Of a stretch of 64,000 bases of DNA, positions 38,297 to 51,838 are shown one piece after another; position 1 is the first letter of the stretch, and each line of letters opens with the position of its first letter. A program made the position numbers and the translations under genes. This DNA is from Camelus ferus (Eukaryota): assembly GCF_009834535.1 (NCBI RefSeq), contig NC_045696.1:9984001-10048000 (forward strand). Reading direction: 5' to 3'. The notes under the pieces are model-generated. The model was not told where the DNA came from. It did no database searches and saw nothing but the letters and a program-made list of their open reading frames with translations.

Positions 38297-39155
38297 CCTA
38301 GGGTAGAGGGTTCAGTAAACTATACCCAATTAATGATTTTGTGTTAATATTGACTTTCAGATATTACAAATTACAAACATGGATTTTCCCCCTCCATTTT
38401 ACAGGTATTCTTAAAGTCCCCCAGAATAAGAATGGATGGGTCTGTTTTTCCCGTTGTACGTTCTAATCAGCAGTCTCCATCAAATTTACCTCCAAGCAGT
38501 ACCCTCCAAAGACATTCATACAAATTTGCTAGTGACAATCTATGTAAGTACATTGTTCTTTTTCCCAAAATAAGGCTAACTGCTGCTTCAGAGAAAATTC
38601 TTCTGTAAAAACACCCCCAAAGAGACAAATTTAGAAAAACAATATCCCGTGGCATGAAGACACACAAACACAGCCATGCATGTAGAAGCAGACCAAACAA
38701 GCAGCTAAGGAAAATTCTCCACACACTGATTGTTTAGATTGGCTTTTGCTGAAAAAGGCGAGGTGCTCAGACGTTCCTGAGAAGTTTGGAGGGGGACCCA
38801 GGGATGCTTGGGAGGTGGGTGCTTGAGTTCTAGCTTTAAGCTTTCCCACGCCGGCCTCATCTGTACACTAGTACCATGACCCCCACCAGGGCAGGGCGTG
38901 CCTTCGTCACAACTGGGGAACCCACCGCAGCCACTTGGCAGCCAGCTCATAGATGTTTCGTCCATCACATTGAGTGTCGTTCCTTCTCTGATACTGCTGG
39001 GACCGTGCTGCTACGGTCACCCTAAATCCTCACTCACTCCCTGCACCTCCTCTAGGCCAGAGCCCTCAAGCCCTGCTAAAACTCTGATTCCTTTTGGAAA
39101 TTTTCTCCTCCTCCCCAGAATCAACCCTGAGATCACGATCTAGAATCAAACTTAC

Positions 39156-39368
39156 TGTTTTGTACATTTTATACTGCAGGTTTGATTTGGGGCTGAAGAC
39201 TTTGTCGGTGCCGGAAGAGCCCAGGGGCTTTATGATTTGGGTCAGCAGGAGGAAGTCGTTGAAGAGGAAGCCGTACAGCTCCTTGTTGCTCTTGGCCTTG
39301 TAGAGCTTCCCGCTGTGCAGAAACTTGCGTGGCCCCAAGCAGTTGGTCACTGAATTGAACACAAGTTG
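39156..39368 (-). CDS. ITSN1: ITSN1 PH exon ([71 protein letters not shown])
   Basis: CAG/GTAAGT boundaries, 213 nt. Confidence 0.97.
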
Positions 39369-41659
39369 CTGAGAAAGGAAAGCAAAACCCAAAGAAAACA
39401 TGATGAAGTGAGGTCATTTTTGTTTTTTTTTATTTTGTTTGTCTGCATCTGAAAGCATGAGCTCCAGCAGAATCTGAGACCAGGCCCCAGTGAGTCCGTA
39501 TCTTAGACTCAAATCAAGGACTGCTTTGAAGACTTCAGGCAGTGACTTTTGGAGCCAAGGAGTCAAAGGTGTGGTTCTAGAGATTCCATGTGTCAAGATG
39601 AATCTTAGTTGTAATTCCTAATGCTTTTTCTTGAGGTCTGCTAGTGTCTCAGGGTGATTGGGGCTTTTCTCCATTTTATTTACGGGGGAAACTGGGCAGC
39701 AGGAAGAAAACACTCCCACCTTGATGAGTATGTGCTGTGTGCAGGGCGGTCCACCAGAAGGGACGTGAACCAGCTTCAGTGATGGCCCTGCACAGGCTCA
39801 AACAGTCCTGTGTGGACTCTGGAAGCAGCAGCTGTAGCTGAACAATTCCACAGGACAAATGCTGCTTCCCAAGGCACAGCTGGAGTCCAGGCCCCCACCG
39901 CATGGGTGGACCTCAAAATTCAAGGTGCTGGCTGATCCCTCAGAGCCAAGCAGAGCAGACACTGTGTTTGGTGTACATTAAATCTCACCCAACTCACTGG
40001 TTCCGAAAACATGAAGAGCACAGCTCTCTTCCTGCCACTTCCCAAACCTTGGGGATGGCTTTAAGTCCTTAAGCACAGCTCTGTCATCCCTCCTGGGCTC
40101 TATCATCTCATGCTCTATCATTCTGCTGGACTCTGTTATTTTCTGTGAGCAGGTTTAAATGGGCAGAAGGAGACTGTGGAAGATATGTCCCCACTAAGGC
40201 CCTCCTTTTTGGATAGCAGGGGAAAGACTGAGGGAGGGGAAGGCCACAGCTGTCGCCAGGAAGTGATATGATCCAGGCAGGAGTCAGACCCTCAGGGTCT
40301 CTGTTGGCCCACACTTGGGCCCCAGGGGTATGTGCCACCCAGCAGCCCTCAAGGCTGAAGCTCTCTCCAGAGCTATGAACCCTACAGACCTCACTGAGGA
40401 GAGTCTTAATGAAGAGGAGAACACACATCCTCCAAGAGATGCTGGTGGCCACCTGTCTGCCTCCAATATGAGAGAAAGAATCAGTGGCGCCCCTGTGAAC
40501 AGAGACCTATAGGCATCAAGGAAGAGTGGCCAGTCCACTCCACTCTCAGGTACAAGGAGGGACGAGGGTCCCTAACCTCCCAGTGAGGCTCTGGGGGATC
40601 CCCAAAGACGGAGTGTTACACTCCAACAGGAGCCTCCAAAGGGTACTCTTCACCCCTTGGCCCTCTGAACAGAAGCCTGGAGATCAATCTAGCCCTTTTT
40701 ACTTGCCAAGAGAGAGTTCAAGCCACTGGGGGGCAATGAATCCAGTGATTCACTTGGATGACACAGAGGTGATACGGTTCATACACACTCAAAGATTAGG
40801 GCCTCCAGCTGGCCAGGCTAACACTGAACCCATATGAATTGGCAACAGTATTTGCAGTTCTCTATCTTGAAACAAGAATGCCTAAGACAGCATCTACTTG
40901 AAACTTTATCACTGGTGTGTCTAGATCTGGGCCAGGGAACAAAAATCAACATGCCCCCTTTCCACATGGTGGTGAACCCTAACTGTACAGACAAAACAAA
41001 AGCTGGTGGACAAAAGCCAGGAAAGACCATCACTAACGAAAGAAAACAGTCTATTTCAAACAGTATATATAAGCCACAAAAAAGCAAATGACAAGACTTT
41101 ACTTTATCCTGAATGTTTTAAGATGAAGATCCAGGCCTCACTAAGTCCTGTGACTGCAGCTGTGAGGCTCAGAGAAGGGCCCCTTTAAAAGTGCGTGGTG
41201 GCATTTCAGCCTGCCAGACTCAGGAGCTGTTCAGGTCCACTGTCTTTAGGATCAAGTTACTGCTCCTCAGAATGATACACAGCCCTTCCTTAAATCTGGT
41301 GACTTTAAGCTTCCATTTTAAAGGCTATGTGGGGTGCAGGAGACAGGAGATATACCCAGAGCCCAAGCGAGGGGAGGGACATAACAGGAGATTTCAAAGA
41401 GCTGGACCCTAGAGGAAGAATGACATGTAACTCAGCGCAGAAAGGATTAGCCCAAAAACTTGCTTGCTTTTGAACTTGGTATAAGTGGAGGGGGAAAAAA
41501 TGCCCCTGAGAATTTGAAACCACAATGTAGCTCTCATGTAAGTTTACAGTCATAATTCACACCAGTGTGATCTATATTTAACTTAGGGTGATCCTGGTAG
41601 CAACGCTTGCAGGGGGAATACAACTTCAGACCTCAAAGATCTCACAGATAAAGTTCCAA

Positions 41660-42055
41660 GGACTTTATCACAATCAAAAAATCAAAGTACATACAGAGAA
41701 ACAGCTCACAGTCAAAAATCAAAGTATACGATCAAAAATCAAAGTACATCCAGAGAAACAGATATGTGTGGTGAGAGCCAATAGTAGCAACAGACCAAAG
41801 AGTGAAACCCATAACTTTAGCTATTGGAATGATCAGATCTGAAATAGGCAGGACTATGTTTAACATGTGTTAGGAAATAAATGAGAAGCATGGCCTTTTG
41901 TGCAAGGAAAAAGACAAGAAAGAAACCAGCAGATTAGAGAATATAAATAGAACTGCTAGAAATGGAAAAGAAAATAATTGAAATTTAAAAACTCAGTATA
42001 CGGATAAAATGGATTAGAAGCAGCTGAAGACAGAATCAGCAAACTGGAGGCTGGA
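41660..42055 (+). mobile_element. Old L1 5'/ORF1 fragment
   Basis: aaatagaactgctagaaatggaaaag...gaaatttaaaaactca...attagaagcagctgaagacagaatcagcaaactggagg resembles L1 ORF1 coiled-coil DNA. Confidence 0.6.
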
Positions 42056-42147
42056 GGAGAGAAAGACAATTCATGATTTTTCTCATCCTCCTTCAGACTG
42101 GCTGCCAAGCTGGTGGGAGAGGCCCAGGTCCCACCCTAAGGCACTAC

Positions 42148-42315
42148 CTCAGACAAGCCTTCACACTGCACGTGGGCCTGGATCCACTCCAGCCGGTCCG
42201 AGTTCTCCTTCTCCCGCACCCCTTCGTTCACCTGGGAGCACAGCTCCTCCGCCTTCTCCAGGGCGTGCTTCAAGTGGCTGTGGTCCGGGTGGTTTTCAGG
42301 AGTGTTTTCCAGGAT
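42148..42315 (-). CDS. ITSN1: ITSN1 DH-end exon ([56 protein letters not shown])
   Basis: TAG/GTAGTG boundaries, 168 nt. Confidence 0.96.
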
Positions 42316-42721
42316 CTACATCAGAGAACAGAAGACAGCAGCCTTAGGCAGTGTGGGTGGGCTTGTCCTGGAGGGCCAGACTGAGCAGAAGCAGGGAAAG
42401 ACACAGACCTTTCCTGAACAGCACCCACATGAGCAACTGCAGCTCTGAGCACCCACCTCAGCAATGACATGAAGAAAGATGGCCGCTCCTTGCTGGCAGG
42501 GGAACCTTGGGGAGCAAGGACTGCCACATGATTTATGTTTGGGGTATGAGGAGGGCCATGGCTGCAGCAAGGGCAATAACACATCCTGAGTGGATTTCTC
42601 CATATAGAATGGCTCTTTCCTGGATCCATGCACAGCTGCAGGCATCTGTGCACCTCTGGAACTGCATGCTAATGGGTGCATCTGCTCAAAGATGCATTTT
42701 TCTGGATAAATCATTCCAAGC

Positions 42722-42970
42722 TAATGGTTAAGATAGCCAGTTCTGGAGAAAGACCTCCTGGGTTTAAGTCCCTACTCTGCCACTGACCAGCTGTGATATG
42801 GGTCACTCACATAAACGTTCTGAGCCTCAATTTCCTCAAATGAAAAATGGGGATACTAATAGCACCTTCTTTACAAGGTGCTTTGGAGGACTAAATGGTT
42901 TGATACAAGGGAAGAACTTTGCAAAGTACCTGGCCCTTTGAAGGTGCTCAGTAAGTGACAGCAATTACCA
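42722..42970 (+). mobile_element. MIR SINE
   Basis: ctgggtttaagtccctactctgccact...ctgagcctcaatttcctcaaatgaaaaatgggg. Confidence 0.8.
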
Positions 42971-43439
42971 TCAGATTCTCAAAGGACTTTGAGGACACCA
43001 AAAACAAGCATCATGAGGAAAGACCCTAAGAATAAAGAATGACCCTCAGCCACCTTTGGAGTGGACCAGGAGGGTGTTGAGGGTGTACTTGCCCACATCT
43101 TGTCCTACATACAAATAACTCAAGTGGGCCTTAGCCTGGATAATACCTTATCCTAAAGGTACACTTTGGTTTAAAGGCCTAAGTAAGCACCCAATTTGAG
43201 GAGAACGCCCAATCTGGGTCTGGTGCGTCCACCAATCATCTCCAAGCAACAGCCCCAACTCTGTGTTGATCCTGGCTGAACATTAGAATCCCTCTGAAAA
43301 ACCCTAATGCCTCAACTCTGACCATATCAGGATCCCCAGGGGTGGGACTCAGGTATCAGAATTTTCTAGAGCTCCCCAAGTCTGAGGACCACTGTTCTAG
43401 ACCAGGAGCCCACCCAGCTGAATGGTGTGAATTCATTTA

Positions 43440-45240
43440 TTTTCTTTTGTTTCAAAATGAAAATAGGTTTATTGCTTTTCTCATTATAAGAGTACTACTG
43501 TACAATGTACAAAATTTAGAAAATTCAGAAAGTCATTAAAGAACCTAAAAAGCCACCCACAGTTTCCCCATCTGGAAATAACCTCTGTCTACATATTCAT
43601 TAATGCACTCTGCCTGAATATAAATACATATAGATTTTAAAAAATAAAAATTGGATCATACTGCCGTACTACACTGTACCGTTTTGTACGTTGCTTCCTC
43701 CCCGCTTAGTAGCAGTTATAGCACATCATTTGATGTGCAGTTCATATGGATCTAGATCATCATTTTTAAGGATTCTATACTATGTCATTCTAAGGATAAA
43801 CCACAATGCATTTAAACAGTTCCCTTCCTACAAAACTTCATGTTTCCAACACTTCAATATTCCTCTGATTTAGGATAAATTCCTAGAGATGGAAGTGCCG
43901 AACCAAAGAGAATGTGGAATTTGATGTATACATCACCCTCCCTCCCAAAGGCTGAACCAGTTTAGTTTTCACCAGCAACCTTGTCAACACTGGGGACTCA
44001 CAATCTTTTCAATATATGCCTATCTGGCAAGCCAAAAGCCAAAGGTATTTTCTTGTTTTGTTATGCATTTCTTTTATTATCAGTGAATTTAAATTTTGTG
44101 TACATTTAGAACACAAGCACACTAAATGATAAAGTTAACATTGATATACTGCTTAGTATGAGCCAGACATTTTACACTTATTAATTCAGTTAATTTCCCA
44201 CAACACTATGCAGTAGGTACTATTAGTGTCCTTATTTTACAGATGAGGAAACTGAGGCCCAGAGAGGTTAAGTAATTTGCCCAAGGGCACACAGTAGTGC
44301 TCCTGAGATTCAAACTCAAGCAGCCTGGTTCCTGACAACACATTTTTTACTGCTACTCTACACACCTCTCAAAAATGTCTGGTTATATGTTTTACCTATT
44401 TTTCTATTAAGGTATTTGTCTTTTTCTTTTCAAGTTGTAATAGTGCTTTACATGTATAGATAGATAGATGTATATTTCAGTATCTACTTACATACAATTA
44501 AAATATGTTTACTCAGTTTATACCTGTCATTTGTCTTTTAATGTTGTTTATTCTATTTTTGTTACACAGAATTTTTAAGAAAACTGTTTATGCAAATAAT
44601 ATTAACATATTCTTGATATGCAGAAGTATAGAGAACAATTTTGCTCTCTCCCCTTCACTCTCCTGCCCCAGAGGTAACCGTGCCCAGACCTAAGGGCAAC
44701 CATTTGTTTCCTTTCGATGCTCCACATATATTTAATAGTGACATAGAGTTTCTCCTCAGTTTTGCAAAATGGACCATACTGTAGGATTGCTAGTGAAAAG
44801 TTTTTTTTTTTAATTTAATAGCACTTCCTAGATGTAATTCCAGCTAATAAATAAAAGTCTCTTTCATATACAGATTCACCACTTTAACTACTCTCCTTAA
44901 TGAACACCTAGGTTGTTCCCAGAATAAGTTTTTTTTTCAAGTTGCTACAACTCCAAATTCTTTCAAGTTCTGTCTTTGGGGCCATGCTAAGAATTGCCCC
45001 ACTTCAGTATTATAAAAAAAAAAAATTTAGTCTTAGTACTTTTACAATTTTCCATATCTATCTTATAACTGGCCACCTTCTAAAATTCTCTTCTTAGTTT
45101 TCAGTTCATTCTCTTGGGTTCTCTCTCTAAAAGAGGGTAGCAATCGTGTTTTGGCAAATAATGAAAATATGTTTTTTCCTTTTTAATATTTATGCCTCTC
45201 AAATCTTTCCTGTTTTTGTTTTCCTCCCCACTGGCCAGAT
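43440..45240 (-). mobile_element. Degraded ancient L1 (L1ME-like) region with a MIR nested at ~44140-44360
   Basis: AT-rich antisense L1 text (taggataaattcctagagatggaagtgc...; ttatgcatttcttttattatcagtga); MIR core ttttacagatgaggaaactgaggcccagagaggttaagtaatttgcccaagg. Confidence 0.6.
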
Positions 45241-45329
45241 CTAGAACATCTATTTTAAAAACTTGTTTCCAACTTTAATTTGCAGTTAAATATTGGGGGA
45301 AGTAAAGAAAAGTGTTCAGTTAGTTGAAT

Positions 45330-45960
45330 AGTAATTGTCAAGTTGGAGACAAGGAAACAGTAGGTTGAAAGTATCTTTCAAAACTAATTCTTTAACTCAG
45401 CCAGTGTGGCCACAGTGTATTCTGTGGGGTTGATGTGGGGTTGGACTGGGGAGGCAGCTTACACAGGAGGGAAATGTATTACATATAAGGGCATTCAGCA
45501 AATAAGTAAATATATGGAGGATGATGAGAGCCAGGCTTCTTGCAGAGAAGAGAATTATAAATACAGAAAGAGGGGAAGCTAGAAGAAATTCTGTGGTATT
45601 AGATTAGAGCAGGAAGTATTGGTGTGAACTCATGGGTTTTAATATATATTATAATATACATATATTGATGGCATTATAAATATGTTTGCACACATATATA
45701 TGTAAATATGTGTGTATGAATATATACACATACATGTATTTCCTGACTCTACCAATGAGAGGCCTCAAAGGCAACAACACCCGCGTGGCAGTGAGCACAC
45801 CAGTGTCCAGATCTGGGTTTCTAAATTCTCCATTCAAAAGAAGCGGATCTGAAACCTCTCTCCAACAGCTCTCCTCCCTGTGGTTAAAGAATCATGGGCT
45901 CAGAAGATGTGTAAGTCTGTTCACTCATTTTATAGGTGGGCACATTTTTTTTCTTTTCCT
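45330..45960 (+). mobile_element. L1MC-like 3' region
   Basis: cagcaaataagtaaatatat...gatgagagccaggcttct...gaagtattggtgtgaactcatgg, and gtgagcacaccagtgtccagatctgggtttctaaa. Confidence 0.6.
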
Positions 45961-46111
45961 TTGATGTTGGCTTTCTTGAAGAGACAGGAGAATAGCAATC
46001 TAATATCAACAGAGAGTATCTCACAATGGCTTTCTGAAGGTGGGTGGTGGAAATTATATTCCTTTCTCTCTTTCTTTCTAGGAAACCCAAGGCATAAAGA
46101 CACTACCCCTG

Positions 46112-46253
46112 AGAGGGGAGCATATAGCTCAGTGGTAGAGTGCGTGCTCAGCATGCACAAGGTCTGGGGTTCAATCCGCAGTACCTCCATTATAAATAAA
46201 TTTTTAAAAACCTAATTACTCCCCTCCAAAAAAATAAAATTAAAAAATTTTAG
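46112..46253 (+). mobile_element. Camelid-type tRNA-derived SINE (Vic-1-like)
   Basis: tatagctcagtggtagagtgcgtgctcagcatgcacaaggtctggggttcaatcc; TSD aagacactac(c/a)cctg at 46097-46111 and 46254-46268. Confidence 0.85.
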
Positions 46254-46538
46254 AAGACACTACACCTGTATTAGGAAAAGAACTGAACTCTCATGGTCCA
46301 GCCTATACAGTGGAAGCCGCTTGGTCACACAGCTGAAGGCTGTGTGTCACTAACTCTTTTCATGATAAACCAGCTTTTCTTTCTGAGTTAGCAAGCAGAT
46401 GCCTCCCACAGCCTGTTGGTATATGATTTCTACACAACAGACACCAGGTGTGTTGGTGGGGGAGCCTGCCCATGACCCAGGATCCCTGACCTGCTGAGAA
46501 AGCATTTCTCTGCTTGAAAAGGCAAGACAGGTACTTAC

Positions 46539-46637
46539 ATTTTTAATGATCAGTGGGTATCTTGTTACCCGTTGCATAGGCTTCAGTATAAAACTAGAGA
46601 GTGGCATCCCCTTACAGCGAGGGTCCATGGCCAGTCT
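46539..46637 (-). CDS. ITSN1: ITSN1 DH exon ([33 protein letters not shown])
   Basis: Contains the DH CR3 motif [21 protein letters not shown], 99 nt. Confidence 0.97.
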
Positions 46638-48412
46638 CTGAAAGGACAGTGTGTTTTGTTTTGTTTAGTGTAGTTAAGACATTTGCAAAATCCATTCAGC
46701 AACAACGTTATTTAGGGGCTCCCACCCGTCACATCATCACGTCATTTATCTGGACAACAACTGAGGAGCCTGGAGCTGGAAGGGCTGGACCGCTATCCTG
46801 GGCCAGGAGGAAGCTCGCTCCAGATGGAGGGTGGGAGCTGCCCGCGGATGTGACTCAGCCACAGGATTAACCCCTGCTCCCAGGACACGTGCTTCCTTAC
46901 TTCCAGAAATGAGATTCTAGGTGCACAGAAAATCTTTCCTCTGGATATCTGCCGAAACTTTACAGCAGTCCCAGGAACAAGGAGTCACAAGACTATAGGG
47001 TCAGAATAAAAATTCCCCATGAGTCTCAGAGATGCTGGAAGGGTCGAATGTCACTGTCTGTTTCGGGCAAAGTCTGCATCTGCCGGAGGGAGCCCCAGGC
47101 AGGGCAGGGACAGCAAAGCTGAGACGTGAGGGCCATGTGTTTGTCTCCACCCTGGACTCCCTCTCTCTTTCTTTCCGCCACTTTTGTCATCCTCACTGGA
47201 GGGCAAGAGCCCTTCTACCCCAAGAAGGTGACCCCGGCTACAAGTCACAGGGGTTATATGGTGACAGTCAGGTTTAACTCCTTAGGAACGGGTTTAATGC
47301 CATGACCTGGGCCCCAAGCCCTGGGGCCTGTCCGCGCCTGAACCGGCTCCAGCTATGGACACCATTATTCCAGGAACATTTCGCAGCTGGCAAAAGCAGG
47401 TCAGAGTCCCGCAGGGACGAGGCAGGGAGAGGTAATGAGGGGAGGGGCGAGCAGGGGAGGGGTAACAAGGCCCCTCCCTGGGCTGGGGTCAGCATCTCCC
47501 TGAAGTTCAAGTGCATCCAGGGATGAACTCATCCTGCCTGCACCCAGGGAGGACCCAGCCCTTGGCTGGAATCCCGGGTGGCCTGTGGCACCCAGTAGCC
47601 CAGCTCTCCAGTCTCCAGCCCACCCTAGGCCTACTTCTCAGCCAGATTTCTCCCCTTAGAATGACTTCAGATGCCCCATTCATTGGATGGAAAATCAAGG
47701 CATTTAATATTGAGAAATGGGGAGAAAGAAAAAACACGAGATGCTGCGGCCAAGAAGGGACGGGACTTTCAGCTCACAGTGATGATTCCACAGACATGAC
47801 GGCCAGCAAGGGCCCATCCCGGCCAAGGCCAAGTCCCAGGGCAGCAGGCTCAGCGTCTGGGAACTCCAGCAACATGAGGCCCACCTACCTCAGATGTCCC
47901 TTGGTGGACACATGGCTCTCCAGACCCTCGTTATCCTCCAAGGCAGAGGTCCTGGCATCCCACACTCAACCCCACAGCCTTCCCAGAGTTTGAGCCCATC
48001 AGAAAGAACCAACTTAGAGAAAAACCAAGGGTCCATCAATATTGCTGCTACATTGACTGTTTCCTTTGCAGGTGACGGGCAGAGACCAGCAAAGGAAGTG
48101 AGGATGCTTGGATTAAACACAATAGGAAACCTGAGACCCACCAGCCCTCCTGAGCCTGACAAATGAGGTGGAGGATTTAAACCAGTATCCAGATAACACC
48201 ACTCCACACCTGGACAATGGATCAGAGCTTCCAGGCCACGGCTGGCCCCTCCTCTCCAAGCCCACCCCCTTGGTCTCAGCCACACTCGCCAGTGAGGGCC
48301 AGCCTCCCGTTTTTCAGCGAAGATCTCGGCCCTTGTTGGCCTGCAGCAGGAACGTACTGCAGATGTGCGAGCCAGCCCCTCGCAGGGACTCAGCTCAGCC
48401 TGGGCTCCTTAC

Positions 48413-48596
48413 TTTGACAAACTCCTTGAAGTCCGGGGCCTCGTCTGTCTTCTGCTGGATCAGGGCAGCCCCGTTGAGCTGGCAGCTGCAGAAGCGGATG
48501 TAGGGCTGCATGTGCGGCAGCTGCGCTGTCAGGATGTCCCCGATCATCTTCACCGGCATCCTCTCCCCGGACATCTTCTTGCGCACTCTCAGCGCT
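48413..48596 (-). CDS. ITSN1: ITSN1 DH exon ([61 protein letters not shown])
   Basis: CAG/GTAAG boundaries, 184 nt, phase-compatible with neighbouring exons. Confidence 0.96.
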
Positions 48597-49386
48597 CTGC
48601 GCGGAAACACGAGAAGTGAGCCCCCCCGCCTTCGCGCTCTCCGACAGTGACACGGAGCACTTCCAGGTGGGACAGAAACAGAATGTGTGTGAGGGGCACA
48701 AATCCAGGGCCACTACAGGGTCTATGTGGGCGACAAGGAACAGAACAAGCGATGAGTCTAGCGCTACAGAGAGGTCTCACTGGGACATCTTTCTTTGACC
48801 TGATGGCTGTTTGCTGGCTCTTAGAAAGAAAAACTTAGAAAAACAAAACAAAACAAAAACTCTGCTGAACAAGTCAGCATAAAAAACAATTTTTCTTCTT
48901 TTTTCTGGAAAAATATGGGCTCCTTTTTTAAATAACTCAGACAGGGCTCCTGTGTGGCTGTCTTGCTTTATGGAGTAACCATCCAGGTTGGTAGGACCCC
49001 AGCACTGAATCTGTTTCCAGGGCCAGTGCTGCCCAAGGGAAGCTCCTGTTGCCAGGGGCCATGCAGGCTCATTTTCAGACTAAACAAAATATAATTAAGA
49101 GGGTAAATCAACTGCCACAGGAAAATAATTCCTTTGTGTTCACGAAAGCCAGGTATAAATGATTGTCTGAACCCTCCATGCCGTTCACTGCTTCCTGGCT
49201 GTGGCTAATTTGAAATGGACTGGATTAAGAGGAGTTCTGAAGAGAGAGGTCTATTCATATGATAATAGGTCCATGGATCCAAACAATTTATATCCTGGAA
49301 GCCAAGAAGGGATAGCAATGTACTATGAGGGCAGGATGACAACCTATGAGGCTGTGGGTGTGTTCTGCCTACCCTAGTGATTACAG

Positions 49387-49430
49387 ATGATGGATGGATG
49401 GATGGATGGAAGGAAGGAAGGGATGGAATG
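49387..49430. repeat. (GGAT)n/(GGAA)n microsatellite
   Basis: Directly visible. Confidence 0.85.
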
Positions 49431-51641
49431 ATACAGATTTTAACATAAGGCTGGGAGGATGTCACTGTGAATCCTTTTGGCTGCCTTCATGGTCATGGGT
49501 AGGGTTAAATAATTCTAAGGAAACTCTGCAATCTTAGTATTAGGCTCTAAAAACTTCAGATCACTTTATTTTCTTTCTTCCACATTTGTGGTCAAAGAAA
49601 AAGATCTTTGGAACCGATCAGGCAAGCCAAGGAGAGAAACTTTAGGGACAACACATTATATGGTCTGAACAATTAGCGATTCCACCTATGCCCTTGCAGG
49701 GAGAGGTGTTGTCAGCACTGCATACTTGGGGTGTGCAGAATGGTACCTGGTACCCCCAGGATGGCCAGGTGGCCACTGCCCACTGCAGGGGCCAGTGTAA
49801 AACATCTCCTTTGTAGAAATTTGCTCAAGGGTGTTGCTGCCACCAATTCTGGGGAACGAGAGCTCTGAATAACCATGTTACAAACTTGCTATGGATGGAA
49901 ACAGGAGGAAATTCCATCATTCCATATTTTCTAGTGAGGAGCAACACAATCTCTATGCAAGGATAAAAGTACTTTCACTACCCACTCTCTCCTTTTTTTT
50001 TTTTTTTTTTTAATGATAGGGTGACAAGAAAAAGGGAAAAGAAAAAAGACCACACACAGATCATCACTGTCATGAGGAAGTTAAACCAGTTCCTGGGTTC
50101 TGGAGGTCCACACTGTAGACTTGAGTGGTCCAACCAGGAGGTAGACCTAAAATCAGGCCCCTGCTATGGACCAGGCACCTGTTAGGTTCAGCTTTTGGGA
50201 TGTTTTACTGCACAGGTGAGGCTTTTGAGGACTGGGCTTGAATGGGTTGAAACGGGGTGTCTCTAGGTTCAGGGATAACATGACTATGTTGCTGTCGACA
50301 CAGCCCCACCCTTTGGTGAGCTGATTTGTAACCTAATTAAAGGTCTACAGATTTAGGACCTTGAACTGTGGTAATAATCAATCAGCTAATGAACACATCA
50401 GAGCACTCAAGGTTTGCTGAGTGAATACATGCCCCTAACCCCCTGAAGTCCACAGATCAGGTGACGGTCACAAGAGCCGGTATTTATGAATGTGTCCTGT
50501 GTGTCAAGCACTTTTTTTAAACGTGTATTATTTATTATCCCTATTGACTGTTGGGGAAACCAAGGCACAGGAAATCGAGTGGCCTGGCCAGAGTCACACA
50601 GTGACAGAGGCAGCCTGGGAACCCAGGGGGTCTGACTCCACGCCCTGCCCCGCCCCACCTCCACCACTCTGGCATCCTCCCCATCCTCACTCCGGGCAAG
50701 TTTCTCTCCTTCCAGTTTCCACCGCCCCTCTGCTCTTCCCTCTCTGCTGTCTTTCCTCTTCATTCCTCGGCTCACCATCCTTCCCTCTCACCCTTCCCAC
50801 TCCCAGCCAAAGCCCCTTTCTTTCTTCCTTCTCTCACCCTGACTTTACCCCCCAAGATATTTTTTACTTTTTATTTTTCTTTGTTTTTCTGCTTAAAATA
50901 AAATTGTGTCTATTCTTCTTAAGTTAAAAACAAAGTAAGGCAGATAGTTTATACTTAAGAAAAGGTCTCTTGGTTTTTTTTTTGAGGTTTTTCATTTCTT
51001 TTTTTCTTTTTCTTTTTCTTTTTCAAGCAAGGAGGCAGAAAAAGATCTTAATTTTAAAAAGAAAAGAAAAAACCACTGCCAGCACCTGGGTTTGCGGGGC
51101 CCAGTCTCATTTCTGCATTCCTTCTGTTATCACTTCTAACAGCTGCCCCTAGCTCTTAATTTTAAAAGGTCCTAAATCCTTCTGCCCTACTCTGCTTATT
51201 AAAAGCAAGTTTCTCAGCTCTCTTCTCCCAGGTAAGAGAGTCAACCATCCATTCTAACCCCCAACTAGAGACAGCATTAGTAGGAAGTTCATGTGCCCTT
51301 TTATGTTTCTTTTATTTATTTCTTTTTTATCTGTTTAATAAATCCTGTGTCCCCTGTAAGTACAAGGAGTCACTGGCCCCTGGATCAGGAGTGGCAGGTG
51401 TATGGCTGCCCACTGTGGCCTTCCAGGGAGAGCTGCCTTAAATTCTTTCCCTCCACAAGTGCCTCCCTCTTCCAGCATGCCAGGAGCCCTGTATCTTCCC
51501 GTCGTTGAGGTTAGTCTTTGCACGAAGAAATGGAGCCTATGTAGCAAAATTGTATAATCTACAATATGGGCACTCACCATACAATTCTTTCCGTTTTTCT
51601 GGAAAGAAAAATTTTCTGGTTGAAAATTTTCATAATATGTT

Positions 51642-51663
51642 GAAAAGAAAAAGAAAAAGAAAG

Positions 51664-51717
<54 letters not shown>

Positions 51718-51838
51718 GAAGGAAGGAAGGAAGGAAGGAAGGAAGGAAGGAAGGAAGGGAGGAAGGGAGGAAGGGAGGAAGGAAGGAAGAAAGGAATAAA
51801 GAAAAGAAAGGAATAAAGAAAAGAAAGGAATAAAGAAA
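51642..51838. repeat. Compound purine microsatellite (GAAAAA)n(GAAA)n(GGAA)n plus ~3 copies of a 17-nt unit gaaaggaataaagaaaa
   Basis: Directly visible. Confidence 0.95.
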
